A DNA stretch of 32,000 nt from Verrucomicrobiota bacterium (GTDB lineage: Bacteria > Verrucomicrobiota > Verrucomicrobiia > Opitutales > LL51), in contig CP095464.1 in the NCBI GenBank assembly GCA_021294815.2, positions 846,462 through 878,461 of the forward strand, read 5' to 3'. The number at the start of each line of letters is the position of its first letter. Position 1 is the stretch's first letter. The translations under genes and the position numbers were made by a program. Positions 13,629 through 23,123 of the stretch are shown in pieces. The notes below the pieces were generated by a model that was given only the letters and a program-made list of their open reading frames with translations, did no database searches and was not told the origin of the DNA.

Positions 13629-13657
13629 ATTCTGAAGAAGTATCAATTTGTTGTCAA
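13629..13657 (-). promoter_or_regulatory. Candidate sigma70-type promoter for the lipoprotein gene
   Basis: On the minus strand: TTGACA (13657-13652), a 17-nt spacer, then CAGAAT (13634-13629), followed by an 18-nt leader to ATG 13610. Confidence 0.4.
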
Positions 13658-13682
13658 CGCCAATTGGGCATTGAAAGCGCTC

Positions 13683-15350
13683 TTAAAAAGAGAATGGCGC
13701 GTTGTGTTTTCGAAGCGCTTGAGAAAAGTAGAGAGAGGCGATCATACGATACTGTGCGTCAACTGACGGAGCACCTTTGACACCAAGTTCTTGGAGGATG
13801 ATTTCCAAAAGACACTCACTATAACTTTCACCGTCGACTTCTTCGAGTTCTGTTAATTTTGCAGCAACTGCCTTAGCATCGGCAGGCGGTGGTGTCAATT
13901 TTTGCGCTAGAAAGAGCACCTCATAAGCACCATCGTCAGTCTTGAGTATAGATGAGACTTCGCCATTATGGAGCGACTGTAGCGCCTCTTGTTCTTCCGG
14001 TGAGAGCTTTAACTCAGAACGCTTTTTTTGTTCAAAAACTTCGATTGTTCCATCGTTTTCCTTAATGTCGTTTCGGAATTTTTCCAACGAAAGATCGTTA
14101 GCAACCCATGACTGGTGCAGCGATTCAATTTTTTCAGATAATTGTGCCTTTGCCTCTGAGTAGCGATAATCGTCAATGACACGATCACGGACACTTTCGA
14201 GCGGCGAATACAATGACGGAATGATGTCACGGGAAAAGAGGACGCATACTTGTTGTTGGTTATCCAATACTGGATCGGAGTAATAACGATCGTCAGCATT
14301 GAGCTGAGAACACTGTGATAAGACCGCTGCGGAAAATTGTTTATGGTTGCCGAGTTGATCTAACGCAACGGGCTCGAGATTGTGTATTTTCAATCCATTT
14401 TGTTCAAGCAATTGCGTAAATTCGAGTGAGTGAGGCGCGATATTTTTCTCGTAAAGCTCATAGACGAATTGATCGGCCGCATGCATGGCCCGCTGACGCG
14501 TTTCTTGGTTTTGGTAAGACCTGACGATTGCCTGCTTGAGCTCCTCAGATCCCTCTTCCATGCCCGTAAATTCTGAAGCGTGTTCCTGATAAAATGCCTT
14601 TAACGTTTCTTTTGAAGGTGTTGGCAAATCGGCTAGGAACTGCTCGTTAGAAAACACAACATAATCCAAAACAATCTGTTCGCTGAGTTTGTAATCTTCA
14701 CGGTGTTGTTCGAAGTATTCCTTGAGTTTCGCTTCGTCGACAGCAATGGTTTCTAAATTTTCGGGAATCTGAAAACATGCGACAGCACCGTCGTAGCGTT
14801 GGTCTTCGATCGATAATAGATACCGCGCCTCTGCCGGTAGTGCAACACCACGACCCAGGAGGAGATTTTCGACGGCAGCACATCGGTAATCGTTGCGAAC
14901 AGTTTGTTCTAAAATTCCTTGTTGAAATGCATCGTGACTAAACTCTTCGATGCAGTCGTTGTACCGGTTGACGTCAAATTTCCCCTGAGCGTCTTGAAAT
15001 GCGGGGTAATGCTCAACAAATTGCTCAATCTGGGTTTTGTTGGGCTCCGGGATGCCGAGTTGATCCGCGAGTTTTAGCTCAACCAACCGTGTAAATAGCG
15101 CAAATTCGCGCATCTGAGGAAGCCAAAGAAAAATCTGTCGCAGCTGTGTACTTAACTCTGTTTCACGTTGCCACTGCGCAAGCGTTTGCCGAGATCCGAG
15201 GTCAATGCCGCAAAATTTTTGGTGCCATTGTCGCCCACGACCGATACCGGGCGACGAACCAACCGTAAAAACGAAACTAACGACGACGGCGACGAGAAGA
15301 AGGCCAAATAGCCATCGTTTTTGTAGAATCCTTCCAAGGGATGAAATCAT
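13683..15350 (-). CDS. PpiD/SurA-N-like periplasmic chaperone with an N-terminal membrane anchor; no clear parvulin domain
   Basis: 555 aa. The N-terminus MISSLGRILQKRWLFGLLLVAVVVSFVFTVG, followed by long helical regions, resembles the PpiD architecture. I could not find the parvulin PPIase signature. Confidence 0.45.
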   Translation of the reverse strand: MISSLGRILQKRWLFGLLLVAVVVSFVFTVGSSPGIGRGRQWHQKFCGIDLGSRQTLAQWQRETELSTQLRQIFLWLPQMREFALFTRLVELKLADQLGIPEPNKTQIEQFVEHYPAFQDAQGKFDVNRYNDCIEEFSHDAFQQGILEQTVRNDYRCAAVENLLLGRGVALPAEARYLLSIEDQRYDGAVACFQIPENLETIAVDEAKLKEYFEQHREDYKLSEQIVLDYVVFSNEQFLADLPTPSKETLKAFYQEHASEFTGMEEGSEELKQAIVRSYQNQETRQRAMHAADQFVYELYEKNIAPHSLEFTQLLEQNGLKIHNLEPVALDQLGNHKQFSAAVLSQCSQLNADDRYYSDPVLDNQQQVCVLFSRDIIPSLYSPLESVRDRVIDDYRYSEAKAQLSEKIESLHQSWVANDLSLEKFRNDIKENDGTIEVFEQKKRSELKLSPEEQEALQSLHNGEVSSILKTDDGAYEVLFLAQKLTPPPADAKAVAAKLTELEEVDGESYSECLLEIILQELGVKGAPSVDAQYRMIASLYFSQALRKHNAPFSF

Positions 15351-15394
15351 AACTTCAGGCGCTCGACGATAAAATCTCTAGAAATTTTTCAAGC

Positions 15395-15868
15395 TTAACT
15401 CTTTTGTGTTTCGGGTGTCGGAGCGTTGCCCTTAAAGTAGTGAAAAATTTCAAATTGATCGCTGAGGATGTCAGAGGCCGGGCTCATAGCGTATTCATCG
15501 AGATCCTTCCAAACCTCAATGGCGAGCTTATAAAGGCCCTCGTGGTCTGCATTCCCCGGACAAATCTCGGCTTTTAGGGGATCGATTTTTTTAATAAAAT
15601 TGGGATCGACGCGAAGGTGCCAAACCTCGGTGCCACTGGCAGTTTTGAGTGGAATTGCAATGTTTTGAGCGACGCGTTCATCGACGCCCTCAAGTTTGAG
15701 GTGGTTCATGAGGGTTGTTGTCATGATGACGCGATCTTCGTTGCAAACGCCGAGTTGACGTGCTTTAAGCCCGAGAAGAAACGCATTCGAAACCTCTGCG
15801 GCTGTGACCGCAAAAACCGCTAGTGCAATCATGGTCTCGATAATCACTGACCCTTGCCGCTTCCTCAT
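15395..15868 (-). CDS. Pseudopilin-like protein with a prepilin-type N-terminal segment
   Basis: MRKRQG|SVIIETMIALAVFAVTAAEV has a basic leader, then Gly, Glu at +5 and a hydrophobic helix. The motif is degenerate (SVIIE instead of FTLIE). Confidence 0.4.
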   Translation of the reverse strand: MRKRQGSVIIETMIALAVFAVTAAEVSNAFLLGLKARQLGVCNEDRVIMTTTLMNHLKLEGVDERVAQNIAIPLKTASGTEVWHLRVDPNFIKKIDPLKAEICPGNADHEGLYKLAIEVWKDLDEYAMSPASDILSDQFEIFHYFKGNAPTPETQKS

Positions 15869-15908
15869 GCGCTAACGCTAGCAAATTCCCTGAAAAACGC
15901 AAGTGTGA

Positions 15909-17357
15909 TCAGCGATCGTAACGTTGTTGGTAGGTACGTAATTCCGAGGCGAGCGCAATGAGTTGATCAAACTGCTCTGGTGTCATACGCCATTGCCAAT
16001 TGTGGCCAATCGTTCCCGGGGTGTTTAATCGTGCTTCGGAGCCGAGTTTTAAGAGGTCCTGTACGGAAAGCATCGCCAAAAAGCAGGGCGCGCGGTAGGC
16101 CTCAGTGATCCACTTCCACGTCAGTTGCGTATCGTTGATTCCAAAGTACTGTCGGACTTGATCATGAGTTGCCTCGTCGCAGTGTTGATACCAACCCAAG
16201 AGCGTATCGTTATCATGTGTGCCAAGATAGAGAACATTATGGCGCTCTAAGTTATGAGGTAAGTAATGATTTTTCGGATCGCCAGAAAAGGCGAATTGTA
16301 GGACGCTCATCCCTGGAAGTCGGAGTTTTATTTTGAGCTGTTCTGCGCTTGTATCGACATCGCCCAAATCCTCAGCAATCATCGGTTGGTTTAAAAATGG
16401 CTTTAAGACCTCCGCGCCATGAGCTTTGGCCCAAGTCCCTCGAGTCGCATCAGACGCGTTCGCGGGAATTTTCCAAAAGCGATCTAATCCCCGAAAGTGA
16501 TCTAAGCGTACGACATCAAAAAGCTCGAAGTTACGCTCTAGCCGCTGATGCCACCATCGATAGCGATCGCTTTTTAAAAATGCCCAGTCGTACACAGGAT
16601 TGCCCCAGAGTTGCCCCGTGGGTGAAAAATAGTCCGGCGGGACTCCAGCGACATACCGAGGGCGCCGCTGGCGATCGAGCAGAAAATTTTGGGGATTAGC
16701 CCAGACATCCGCACTGTCATATCCAGGAAACATCGGAAGATCACCGATAATTCGAACCTGATGATCATTGGCGTATTTTTTGAGGCGAAACCACTGCTCA
16801 TGTGCAACGTATTGCAATGCCAAATAGCCATTGCAAACGGGCGTTAAGAATTCGGGTAGAGCGCAATTTTTATCCCAAAAGATTGGGTCCCATTGATGCC
16901 ATTCCTGTCCCTTAAAATAATGCTTCAGCGCGGCAAATTTAGCGTAATTTTCGAGCCAATGGTGATGATGTTTGAGGAATTTTGGAAATGTTTCCTTTTT
17001 ACGAATTTGCTCATAGAGTGTGGTGCCTAAGAAGGAAATTTGATCTTGGAGCCACTGATACCAGCCACAAAAGTTGACGGCAGCTGCATTGGAAGATACT
17101 GGTGGGGCGATCCCGATGGCTTCGTAATCGATGAAATAGGGGTTAAGGGCGAAAGAGGCGATCGGTTGATAGGGTGAATCGCCGTAGCCGGTGGGTCCCA
17201 GAGGGCAGACTTGCCAGTAGCGCATACCCGCAGAAGAGAGGAAGTCGACAAATTGATACGCGGTTTCTCCGAAATTCCCAATGCCGGTTTCACCCGGTAA
17301 ACTCGAAATGTGCAAAATGACGCCAACCGCGCGCTCTTCACTCCATTGTCGCTCCAC
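15909..17357 (-). CDS. malQ: 4-alpha-glucanotransferase (amylomaltase, GH77)
   Basis: 482 aa with a GTG start. GVILHISSLPGETGIGNFGETAYQFVDFLSSAGMRYWQVCPLGPTGYGDSPYQ, VRLDHFRGL and LGTHDNDT are GH77 hallmarks. Confidence 0.9.
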   Translation of the reverse strand: MERQWSEERAVGVILHISSLPGETGIGNFGETAYQFVDFLSSAGMRYWQVCPLGPTGYGDSPYQPIASFALNPYFIDYEAIGIAPPVSSNAAAVNFCGWYQWLQDQISFLGTTLYEQIRKKETFPKFLKHHHHWLENYAKFAALKHYFKGQEWHQWDPIFWDKNCALPEFLTPVCNGYLALQYVAHEQWFRLKKYANDHQVRIIGDLPMFPGYDSADVWANPQNFLLDRQRRPRYVAGVPPDYFSPTGQLWGNPVYDWAFLKSDRYRWWHQRLERNFELFDVVRLDHFRGLDRFWKIPANASDATRGTWAKAHGAEVLKPFLNQPMIAEDLGDVDTSAEQLKIKLRLPGMSVLQFAFSGDPKNHYLPHNLERHNVLYLGTHDNDTLLGWYQHCDEATHDQVRQYFGINDTQLTWKWITEAYRAPCFLAMLSVQDLLKLGSEARLNTPGTIGHNWQWRMTPEQFDQLIALASELRTYQQRYDR

Positions 17358-17371
17358 GGCGATATTTTAAA

Positions 17372-19543
17372 TTAGAAAAAATCCGAAGCAAATAAAATCT
17401 CCCGCCGGAGGTAGACGCCATACGTTTCAAAAACTTTTTGGCGACAAGTTTTGAGCAAGTATTTGACGTCATCTGGTGTCGCATTTCCGGTATTGACGAT
17501 GAAGTTGGCGTGCCGTTCGGAGACTTTTGCATCTCCGTGGGCGAGACTCTTAAGTCCGCATTGATCGACCAGGGAACCTGCGGAACTCTGTGGTGGATTT
17601 TTAAAAATACACCCGATATTGGGTTCTCTAGGTTGTGATTGCTCCCTCCGTGTGCGCGAGCATTTCATCGTGGCGATAATTTCTTCTGGAGATTGCCGCT
17701 GACTTTGAGAAAAGTCGAATTGGGCACTTAAAATAATACCGTCTCTAAAACCTTGGCGATAAGAATGTTTGATCATAGACTTCGTGTGCCGTTCCAATGT
17801 GTTTCCATTAAAAGGCAGTACTTCGAGCTCCGTGAGTCGGTTGAAAATCTCTTGCCCATACGCCCCAGCGTTCATACGCAGGGCGCCCCCAAGTGTTCCG
17901 GGAATGCCTGCCAGTGATGCATAGCCAGCGATTCCAACTTTTGCCAAACAACGGCAAAAATAGGGGAGGGGGAGATTCGCAGAGGCAATAACGCGATTCT
18001 CTAGAATCTGGATTTCGCGGGGGAGTTGTCGCAGCGAGACAAACACGCCCTCATCGTAGTCCAAAAGCACATTGGTTCCGTTGCCCAAAAGCATCCATTT
18101 CACTTGATATCGCTTTAGCGCCACATTCAAGCGCATAAGTTGCGTTTTGTCGTTGGGAAAAATCAGGAGACGCAGCTGTCCGGCGATATGGATACTCGAA
18201 AAAAATCGGGATGAAACGTTGGTTTGATAGGGAATATTTTCCTGAGCAAGCCACTGAATCAGTGATTCAATCCGTTGCTCTCGGAACCAGCGTTCTGCCT
18301 GAGCATGAATACTCCCCGCACCAATAAGTACCACCGCTTGGTTTTTTTTATTCGGCTTCCGAAGTTTGCGAACGTGTGGGATGAGCCGAACATTGTGTTG
18401 CTGCGGAAGTTTTTTGAAAATTGTTTCAGATTTCCCCGATGAAATCAATTGTTCTCCGGCGGCATAGACCGGCAGCAGATCGACCTGTCGCGTTCCCAAA
18501 ATATCAGCAAACTCTTGGGCATATTGTGCCGTACGAGTATAGCGATGGGGTTCGAATACGAATGCGACATCTTTATAGCGCGACTCCATCGATCGCATGC
18601 AGTGTAAAACCTCCGTCGGATGATGAGCGTAATCACTCCAATAATCAACCTCATCAAGTGTTCCCAAAAACTGATTACGCCGAGCGATCTTGTTAGACTG
18701 CCTGTGAGAAAAGTCGATTGCAATTTTCGGATCCTTTGCGTGCAACCAATATAGCACAGCATAGGCCAGCCGCTGATTTTCCGTTAGAGAATCATTTTGA
18801 GGCCATGTAATTTCAGAAAGAGAATCGAAAATTTCCGAGTTTGAGCTCCCGAAAAAAACATGGTCAATGATTTTCCCATGAAGCCCGGCCCGATCGGCGA
18901 TAGCGTACAAACGCGAATCGTTTTCGGGAAAAATGACGACGCCACGTGTATTCTGAAAAAGTGTTTGAAATGTGGCATCGAGCTGTGCGGAGTTTCCATA
19001 ATTCACGAGATGATCATCCTCAAGGTTGAGCGCTACCGTTATGTCGGGATGATAATCTTCGACGGTCCGATCGCTTTCATCAACTTCACAAATGAGGTAT
19101 GGATCATCGGGACGATACTGTGCGGGACTTTTTCTAAAAGAATCCTGAAAGTAACCACCGAGAATATAGCCGCATTCTGGAAGATGATCGATCAGTAAAC
19201 CTGTTGTCGTTGTTTTCCCGTGGGAGCCTGTAACCGCGATCATCTTTTTGTCTCTGCAGAACTGCGCTAGTAACTGGCCACGCTTGATTTGTTGAATTCC
19301 TTGTCGAGTGGCCATCTGCCGCCATGGATGAGCTTCAGCAATGGCACTCGAGTAGACAACAAGGTCAATGCTCTTTGGAAACTGCGTACAAATTATAATT
19401 TCCTCACGTTCGAAAATGGGCCCCCATAGCGACGTATCGCCATCGTCAAAGCCATAAATTGTGTGCCCCTGTTGTCGTAAGTAGAGCGCCAACGGTGCCA
19501 TTCCCATACCACCAATACCCAGAAATAAAAATTGCTTGCGCAT
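17372..19543 (-). CDS. murC: Bifunctional MurC-MurB fusion: UDP-N-acetylmuramate--L-alanine ligase (N-terminal) and UDP-N-acetylenolpyruvoylglucosamine reductase (C-terminal), 723 aa
   Basis: MurC part: FLGIGGMGMAPLALYLRQQGH, VTGSHGKTTTTGLL, YAHHPTEV. MurB part from about residue 440 (junction near 18250): LLGNGTNVLL, AGIPGTLGGALRMNAGAYGQEI, GCIFKNP, VSERHANFIVNTGNATPDDV. The reading frame is single and uninterrupted. The start is set to ATG 19543 (track: TTG 19567). Confidence 0.85.
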   Translation of the reverse strand: MRKQFLFLGIGGMGMAPLALYLRQQGHTIYGFDDGDTSLWGPIFEREEIIICTQFPKSIDLVVYSSAIAEAHPWRQMATRQGIQQIKRGQLLAQFCRDKKMIAVTGSHGKTTTTGLLIDHLPECGYILGGYFQDSFRKSPAQYRPDDPYLICEVDESDRTVEDYHPDITVALNLEDDHLVNYGNSAQLDATFQTLFQNTRGVVIFPENDSRLYAIADRAGLHGKIIDHVFFGSSNSEIFDSLSEITWPQNDSLTENQRLAYAVLYWLHAKDPKIAIDFSHRQSNKIARRNQFLGTLDEVDYWSDYAHHPTEVLHCMRSMESRYKDVAFVFEPHRYTRTAQYAQEFADILGTRQVDLLPVYAAGEQLISSGKSETIFKKLPQQHNVRLIPHVRKLRKPNKKNQAVVLIGAGSIHAQAERWFREQRIESLIQWLAQENIPYQTNVSSRFFSSIHIAGQLRLLIFPNDKTQLMRLNVALKRYQVKWMLLGNGTNVLLDYDEGVFVSLRQLPREIQILENRVIASANLPLPYFCRCLAKVGIAGYASLAGIPGTLGGALRMNAGAYGQEIFNRLTELEVLPFNGNTLERHTKSMIKHSYRQGFRDGIILSAQFDFSQSQRQSPEEIIATMKCSRTRREQSQPREPNIGCIFKNPPQSSAGSLVDQCGLKSLAHGDAKVSERHANFIVNTGNATPDDVKYLLKTCRQKVFETYGVYLRREILFASDFF

Positions 19544-19582
19544 GCCCACCGCTTCGCCATGAATCAACGCGGGAAATTCCGC

Positions 19583-20458
19583 ATGGCGAGGATAATCGAC
19601 GGTAAAATAATCGCAAATGATATTTTAACTGAAATTAAACAAACCGTCAATCGTTGTACTCGTCCGCCACATGTTGTTTTTATCCGTGTTGGTGAAGATC
19701 CGGCGTCGGTTATTTATGTCAATCGAAAGCAGAAGGTTGCTTATGAAGTTGGGATTCGGAGCACAACATTGACTTTCCCAGCGGATGTTACGCTAACAGA
19801 ACTTCTGGCAACAATTGACAGGTTGAATCGCGATCCGGAGGTGGACGGGATTTTAGTCCAAGCGCCATTGCCAAGGGAGGCGATACAACGCGCAGCCTTT
19901 TTAGCGCTCGATCCCCAGAAAGACGTCGATGGATTTCATCCCTACAATGTGGGGTTGTTGGCACAGGAAGATGATCAGGGATTTATTCCTTGTACGCCGG
20001 CCGGAATTTTAGAATTAATTCGCTCCACAAGACAAGACTTTACCGGTCGACATGCCGTTGTTTTAGGCCGAAGCAGTATTGTTGGAAGACCTATGGGAAT
20101 GTTGTTAATGCAGCGGAAACCGTGGGGAAATGCAACTGTGACATTTTGCCATTCCAAGACTCATAATATTGCGCATTACACACGAGAGGCAGATCTTCTT
20201 GTTGTCGCTATTGGTCAACCCCATTTTGTGACGGCTGATATGGTGAAGTCCGGTGCAACAGTGATCGATGTGGGTATTAACCGTATTGCCGATCCACAGC
20301 GATCTAAAGGATATCGCGTGGTTGGTGATGTCGATTTTGAACATGTCCAAGAGGTTGTAGATTTCATCACTCCGGTCCCCGGCGGTGTGGGACCGATGAC
20401 GATCGCGATGTTAATGAAAAACACATTGCTTGCTTATCAGCGCCATGCTTGTTGCTGA
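19583..20458 (+). CDS. folD: Bifunctional methylenetetrahydrofolate dehydrogenase / methenyl-THF cyclohydrolase
   Basis: The N-terminus MARIIDGKIIANDIL is family-typical, so the start is set to ATG 19583 rather than 19532. Other signatures are DGILVQAPLP and PVPGGVGPMTIAMLMKNT. Confidence 0.9.
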   Translation: MARIIDGKIIANDILTEIKQTVNRCTRPPHVVFIRVGEDPASVIYVNRKQKVAYEVGIRSTTLTFPADVTLTELLATIDRLNRDPEVDGILVQAPLPREAIQRAAFLALDPQKDVDGFHPYNVGLLAQEDDQGFIPCTPAGILELIRSTRQDFTGRHAVVLGRSSIVGRPMGMLLMQRKPWGNATVTFCHSKTHNIAHYTREADLLVVAIGQPHFVTADMVKSGATVIDVGINRIADPQRSKGYRVVGDVDFEHVQEVVDFITPVPGGVGPMTIAMLMKNTLLAYQRHACC

Positions 20459-22640
20459 AGTTGCGATTTTTGCGCCACTTCTGCGCCCATTGACGTATCA
20501 GGTTTCGGATGAATTGCTTCATACGCTGAAGATTGGGGCTTTGGTCAACGTCTTTGTGGGGCGTTCGAAAAAGGTGGGTCTTGTGATTGGGATCCAAGAG
20601 CTCGAACAGCCGCCGACTTATCTCGTGAAGCCGATCGTGAGCATGCTTTACGATGTCCCTGTGACCGATTCCCTGCTCATAGAGCTCTACCACTGGATTG
20701 AGCGCTATTATTTTGCCTCTTTTTCGGACGTTTTGGAGGCAGCTATTCCCCAGGCAATCCGAAAAAATACCGCGATAAAGCTCCAATCGTTACTTCATGC
20801 GGAGGAAAATGTGGGCCCAGATGCGAAAAAGTTCCCCAAGCAGTATGAAGCTTGGTGTTTCTTACGGCAAAATCCGGGGATGCGAAAGGAAGAGTTTCTT
20901 AAAAAATTCTCGCGTAATGTTTTTGATGCGCTTCTCAAGAAACACTTTTTGTACGAGGTGTTTCAACGCCAAGAGCGCCAGGTCTACGAGCAGCTTCTAC
21001 CTCAAATTGGGATGACGGAAGCGGTAACATTAACAGAGCCACAACAAGAGGTTTGTGCAATCATTGGGCAAAATCTAGAAAAAAGAACTTTTGGCGTTTA
21101 TCTCCTGCACGGAGTAACCGGTTCTGGAAAAACCGAGGTCTACATTAAGATGATCTCAAAAATCATCCATGAGGGTGGTTCCGTGCTTTACCTTCTTCCC
21201 GAAGTAACACTGACGGCACAGACTGTTAAAAAGCTCCGCCAGCGTTTTTCCAATATCCCAGTTCATGTTTGGCATAGCGGACTATCCGAAGGTGAGCGGC
21301 GCGATACCTGGTTTCACATCATGGATCATCCCGGAACGTTAGTCGTCGGCGCGCGATCAGCAATTTTTTTGCCCCTCAAAAATCTAAGGCTTGTCATTGT
21401 CGACGAGGAGCATGAACGTACTTACAAGCAAGAAGAAAACCCGCGTTATCATGGACGTGATGTTGCCGTTTATCGGGCTAAACTCGCACAAGCGACCTGT
21501 ATTTTAGGCTCTGCGACGCCTTCACTCGAGTCCTACTACAACGCATCGAAAGGAAAATATACATTAGTCACGCTGCCGCAACGCGTCGATCACCGCGCAT
21601 TACCGCAAGTTACGATCGTTGATATGCGCTACGAAAAAGGGGCGGCTTTTTCAAAAATCTTGCAGGATAAAATGGGGGAGCGTTTCGAACGTCAGGAACA
21701 GGTGATGCTTTTTTTGAATCGCCGAGGGTTTGCGCCGACTGTTTTATGCCCGTCTTGCGATTATGTAGCGACGTGTCCGCATTGTAGTATTCCTCTAACT
21801 TACCACAAGTCGCGACAAACACTCCTATGCCATTTTTGTGGATATGAAACTGCGCCTACAAAAGTATGCCCAAAATGTGGCGCTCCGGAAATTCTTTACC
21901 GCGGGCTAGGAACGCAGCGCGTCGAAGAGGTTGTCCAAAAAATTTTTCCGCAAGTACGCTTTGCACGTCTGGATTCGGATATTCTCCAGAAAAAATACGC
22001 TTTTATTGAGGTTTTAGAGCGATTTCAAAAACGTGAACTCGATCTATTGATCGGTACGCAGATGATCGCCAAGGGCCTCGATTTTCCCAACGTAACGCTT
22101 GTAGGGCTTATCAATGCCGATGGGAGCCTTTCGCAACAGGATTTTCGGGCTAATGAGCGGACTTTTCAGCTCTTAGTCCAGGTTGCAGGACGTTCTGGGC
22201 GCGGCGACCTCCCCGGTGAAGTTGTTGTCCAAACGCGGATCCCGGGAAATGAGACGCTTTATTTTGCTAAAAATACCGATTACAGCGCATTTTTCGAAAA
22301 AGAACTTACGGAGCGCGAGATGTTCCACTATCCCCCATGTCGGCATATGATCGCACTTCATATTTCGAGTCGAAATGCGTCGCTTGCTGAGCTATGGAGT
22401 CAGGATTTTTTAAAAAAAACACTGCAACCATCATATAGTTGTTTTCCACCGCAAACGGATATCCGTGGCCCTGTGCCATCGCCGGTTGAAAAGGTCCAAG
22501 ATCGCTACCGCTTCGTTCTTTACTTTTTAACGCCGCAAGTCAGTCGCACGGTTCAAACGCTCAGAGCTCTTCTTGAAACGTGTACAATTCCTAAAGAAAT
22601 TACACTAGCGTGGGATGTCGATGCCTACGACTTTTCTTAA
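20445..22640 (+). CDS. priA: Primosomal replication protein N' (PriA helicase)
   Basis: LLHGVTGSGKTEVYI (Walker A), VIVDEEHE (DEXH), and the Cys-rich zinc module CPSCDYVATCPHCSIPLTYHKSRQTLLCHFCGYETAPTKVCPKCG. ATG 20445 (MLVAEVAIFAPL..) overlaps the folD end by 14 nt. The track start is TTG 20430. Confidence 0.9.
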   Translation: MLVAEVAIFAPLLRPLTYQVSDELLHTLKIGALVNVFVGRSKKVGLVIGIQELEQPPTYLVKPIVSMLYDVPVTDSLLIELYHWIERYYFASFSDVLEAAIPQAIRKNTAIKLQSLLHAEENVGPDAKKFPKQYEAWCFLRQNPGMRKEEFLKKFSRNVFDALLKKHFLYEVFQRQERQVYEQLLPQIGMTEAVTLTEPQQEVCAIIGQNLEKRTFGVYLLHGVTGSGKTEVYIKMISKIIHEGGSVLYLLPEVTLTAQTVKKLRQRFSNIPVHVWHSGLSEGERRDTWFHIMDHPGTLVVGARSAIFLPLKNLRLVIVDEEHERTYKQEENPRYHGRDVAVYRAKLAQATCILGSATPSLESYYNASKGKYTLVTLPQRVDHRALPQVTIVDMRYEKGAAFSKILQDKMGERFERQEQVMLFLNRRGFAPTVLCPSCDYVATCPHCSIPLTYHKSRQTLLCHFCGYETAPTKVCPKCGAPEILYRGLGTQRVEEVVQKIFPQVRFARLDSDILQKKYAFIEVLERFQKRELDLLIGTQMIAKGLDFPNVTLVGLINADGSLSQQDFRANERTFQLLVQVAGRSGRGDLPGEVVVQTRIPGNETLYFAKNTDYSAFFEKELTEREMFHYPPCRHMIALHISSRNASLAELWSQDFLKKTLQPSYSCFPPQTDIRGPVPSPVEKVQDRYRFVLYFLTPQVSRTVQTLRALLETCTIPKEITLAWDVDAYDFS

Positions 22641-23123
22641 CTAAATTTTCAGTAACAGACAAACGGCATAACAGGCAATCGCCTTGTCGCCACCAATACT
22701 ATCCAGTCCTTCATTGGTTTTCGCCTTAATGCTGATATTGTGAGGTTCCGTATCGAGGATTGGTGCGAGATGATGACGCATCGCAGAGGTGTAGGGAGCC
22801 AATACAGGTGCTTGGGCGATGATGGTTGTATCGATATTGCTGATTTGATAGCCTTTGGGTTGGATCATTTCTGCGAACACCGTACGCAACAAACCGCATG
22901 AATTTTCACCTAACAGCTTTGGATCTTGATCGGGGAAAGTTTGCCCAATATCCGGAAGCGCAAGGGCCCCAAGTAAAGAGTCGATAATCGCATGGCAAAC
23001 AACGTCGCCGTCCGAATGCCCTAATAATCCCCTAGGGTAGTCGATGTGTTGCCCTCCGAGGACTAGTACTCGCCCCTCAACGAGACGGTGAATATCGTAA
23101 CCATGGCCAACTCTCAGCTCCAT
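22641..23123 (-). CDS. ispF: 2-C-methyl-D-erythritol 2,4-cyclodiphosphate synthase
   Basis: 160 aa. RVGHGYDIHRL and GHSDGDVVCHAIIDSLLGA are the IspF metal-binding signatures. Confidence 0.9.
   Translation of the reverse strand: MELRVGHGYDIHRLVEGRVLVLGGQHIDYPRGLLGHSDGDVVCHAIIDSLLGALALPDIGQTFPDQDPKLLGENSCGLLRTVFAEMIQPKGYQISNIDTTIIAQAPVLAPYTSAMRHHLAPILDTEPHNISIKAKTNEGLDSIGGDKAIACYAVCLLLKI

Noticed and set aside
13661-13668. The palindrome CCAATTGG after the PpiD-like stop, as a possible terminator or operator.
   Set aside because: It is only 8 bp with no loop or U-tract, and it sits just upstream of the -35 of the lipoprotein promoter. There is not enough evidence for a site call.
20367-20786. 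A 139-aa minus-strand ORF antisense to the folD/priA junction.
   Set aside because: It is fully antisense to two well-supported genes and has no motifs.
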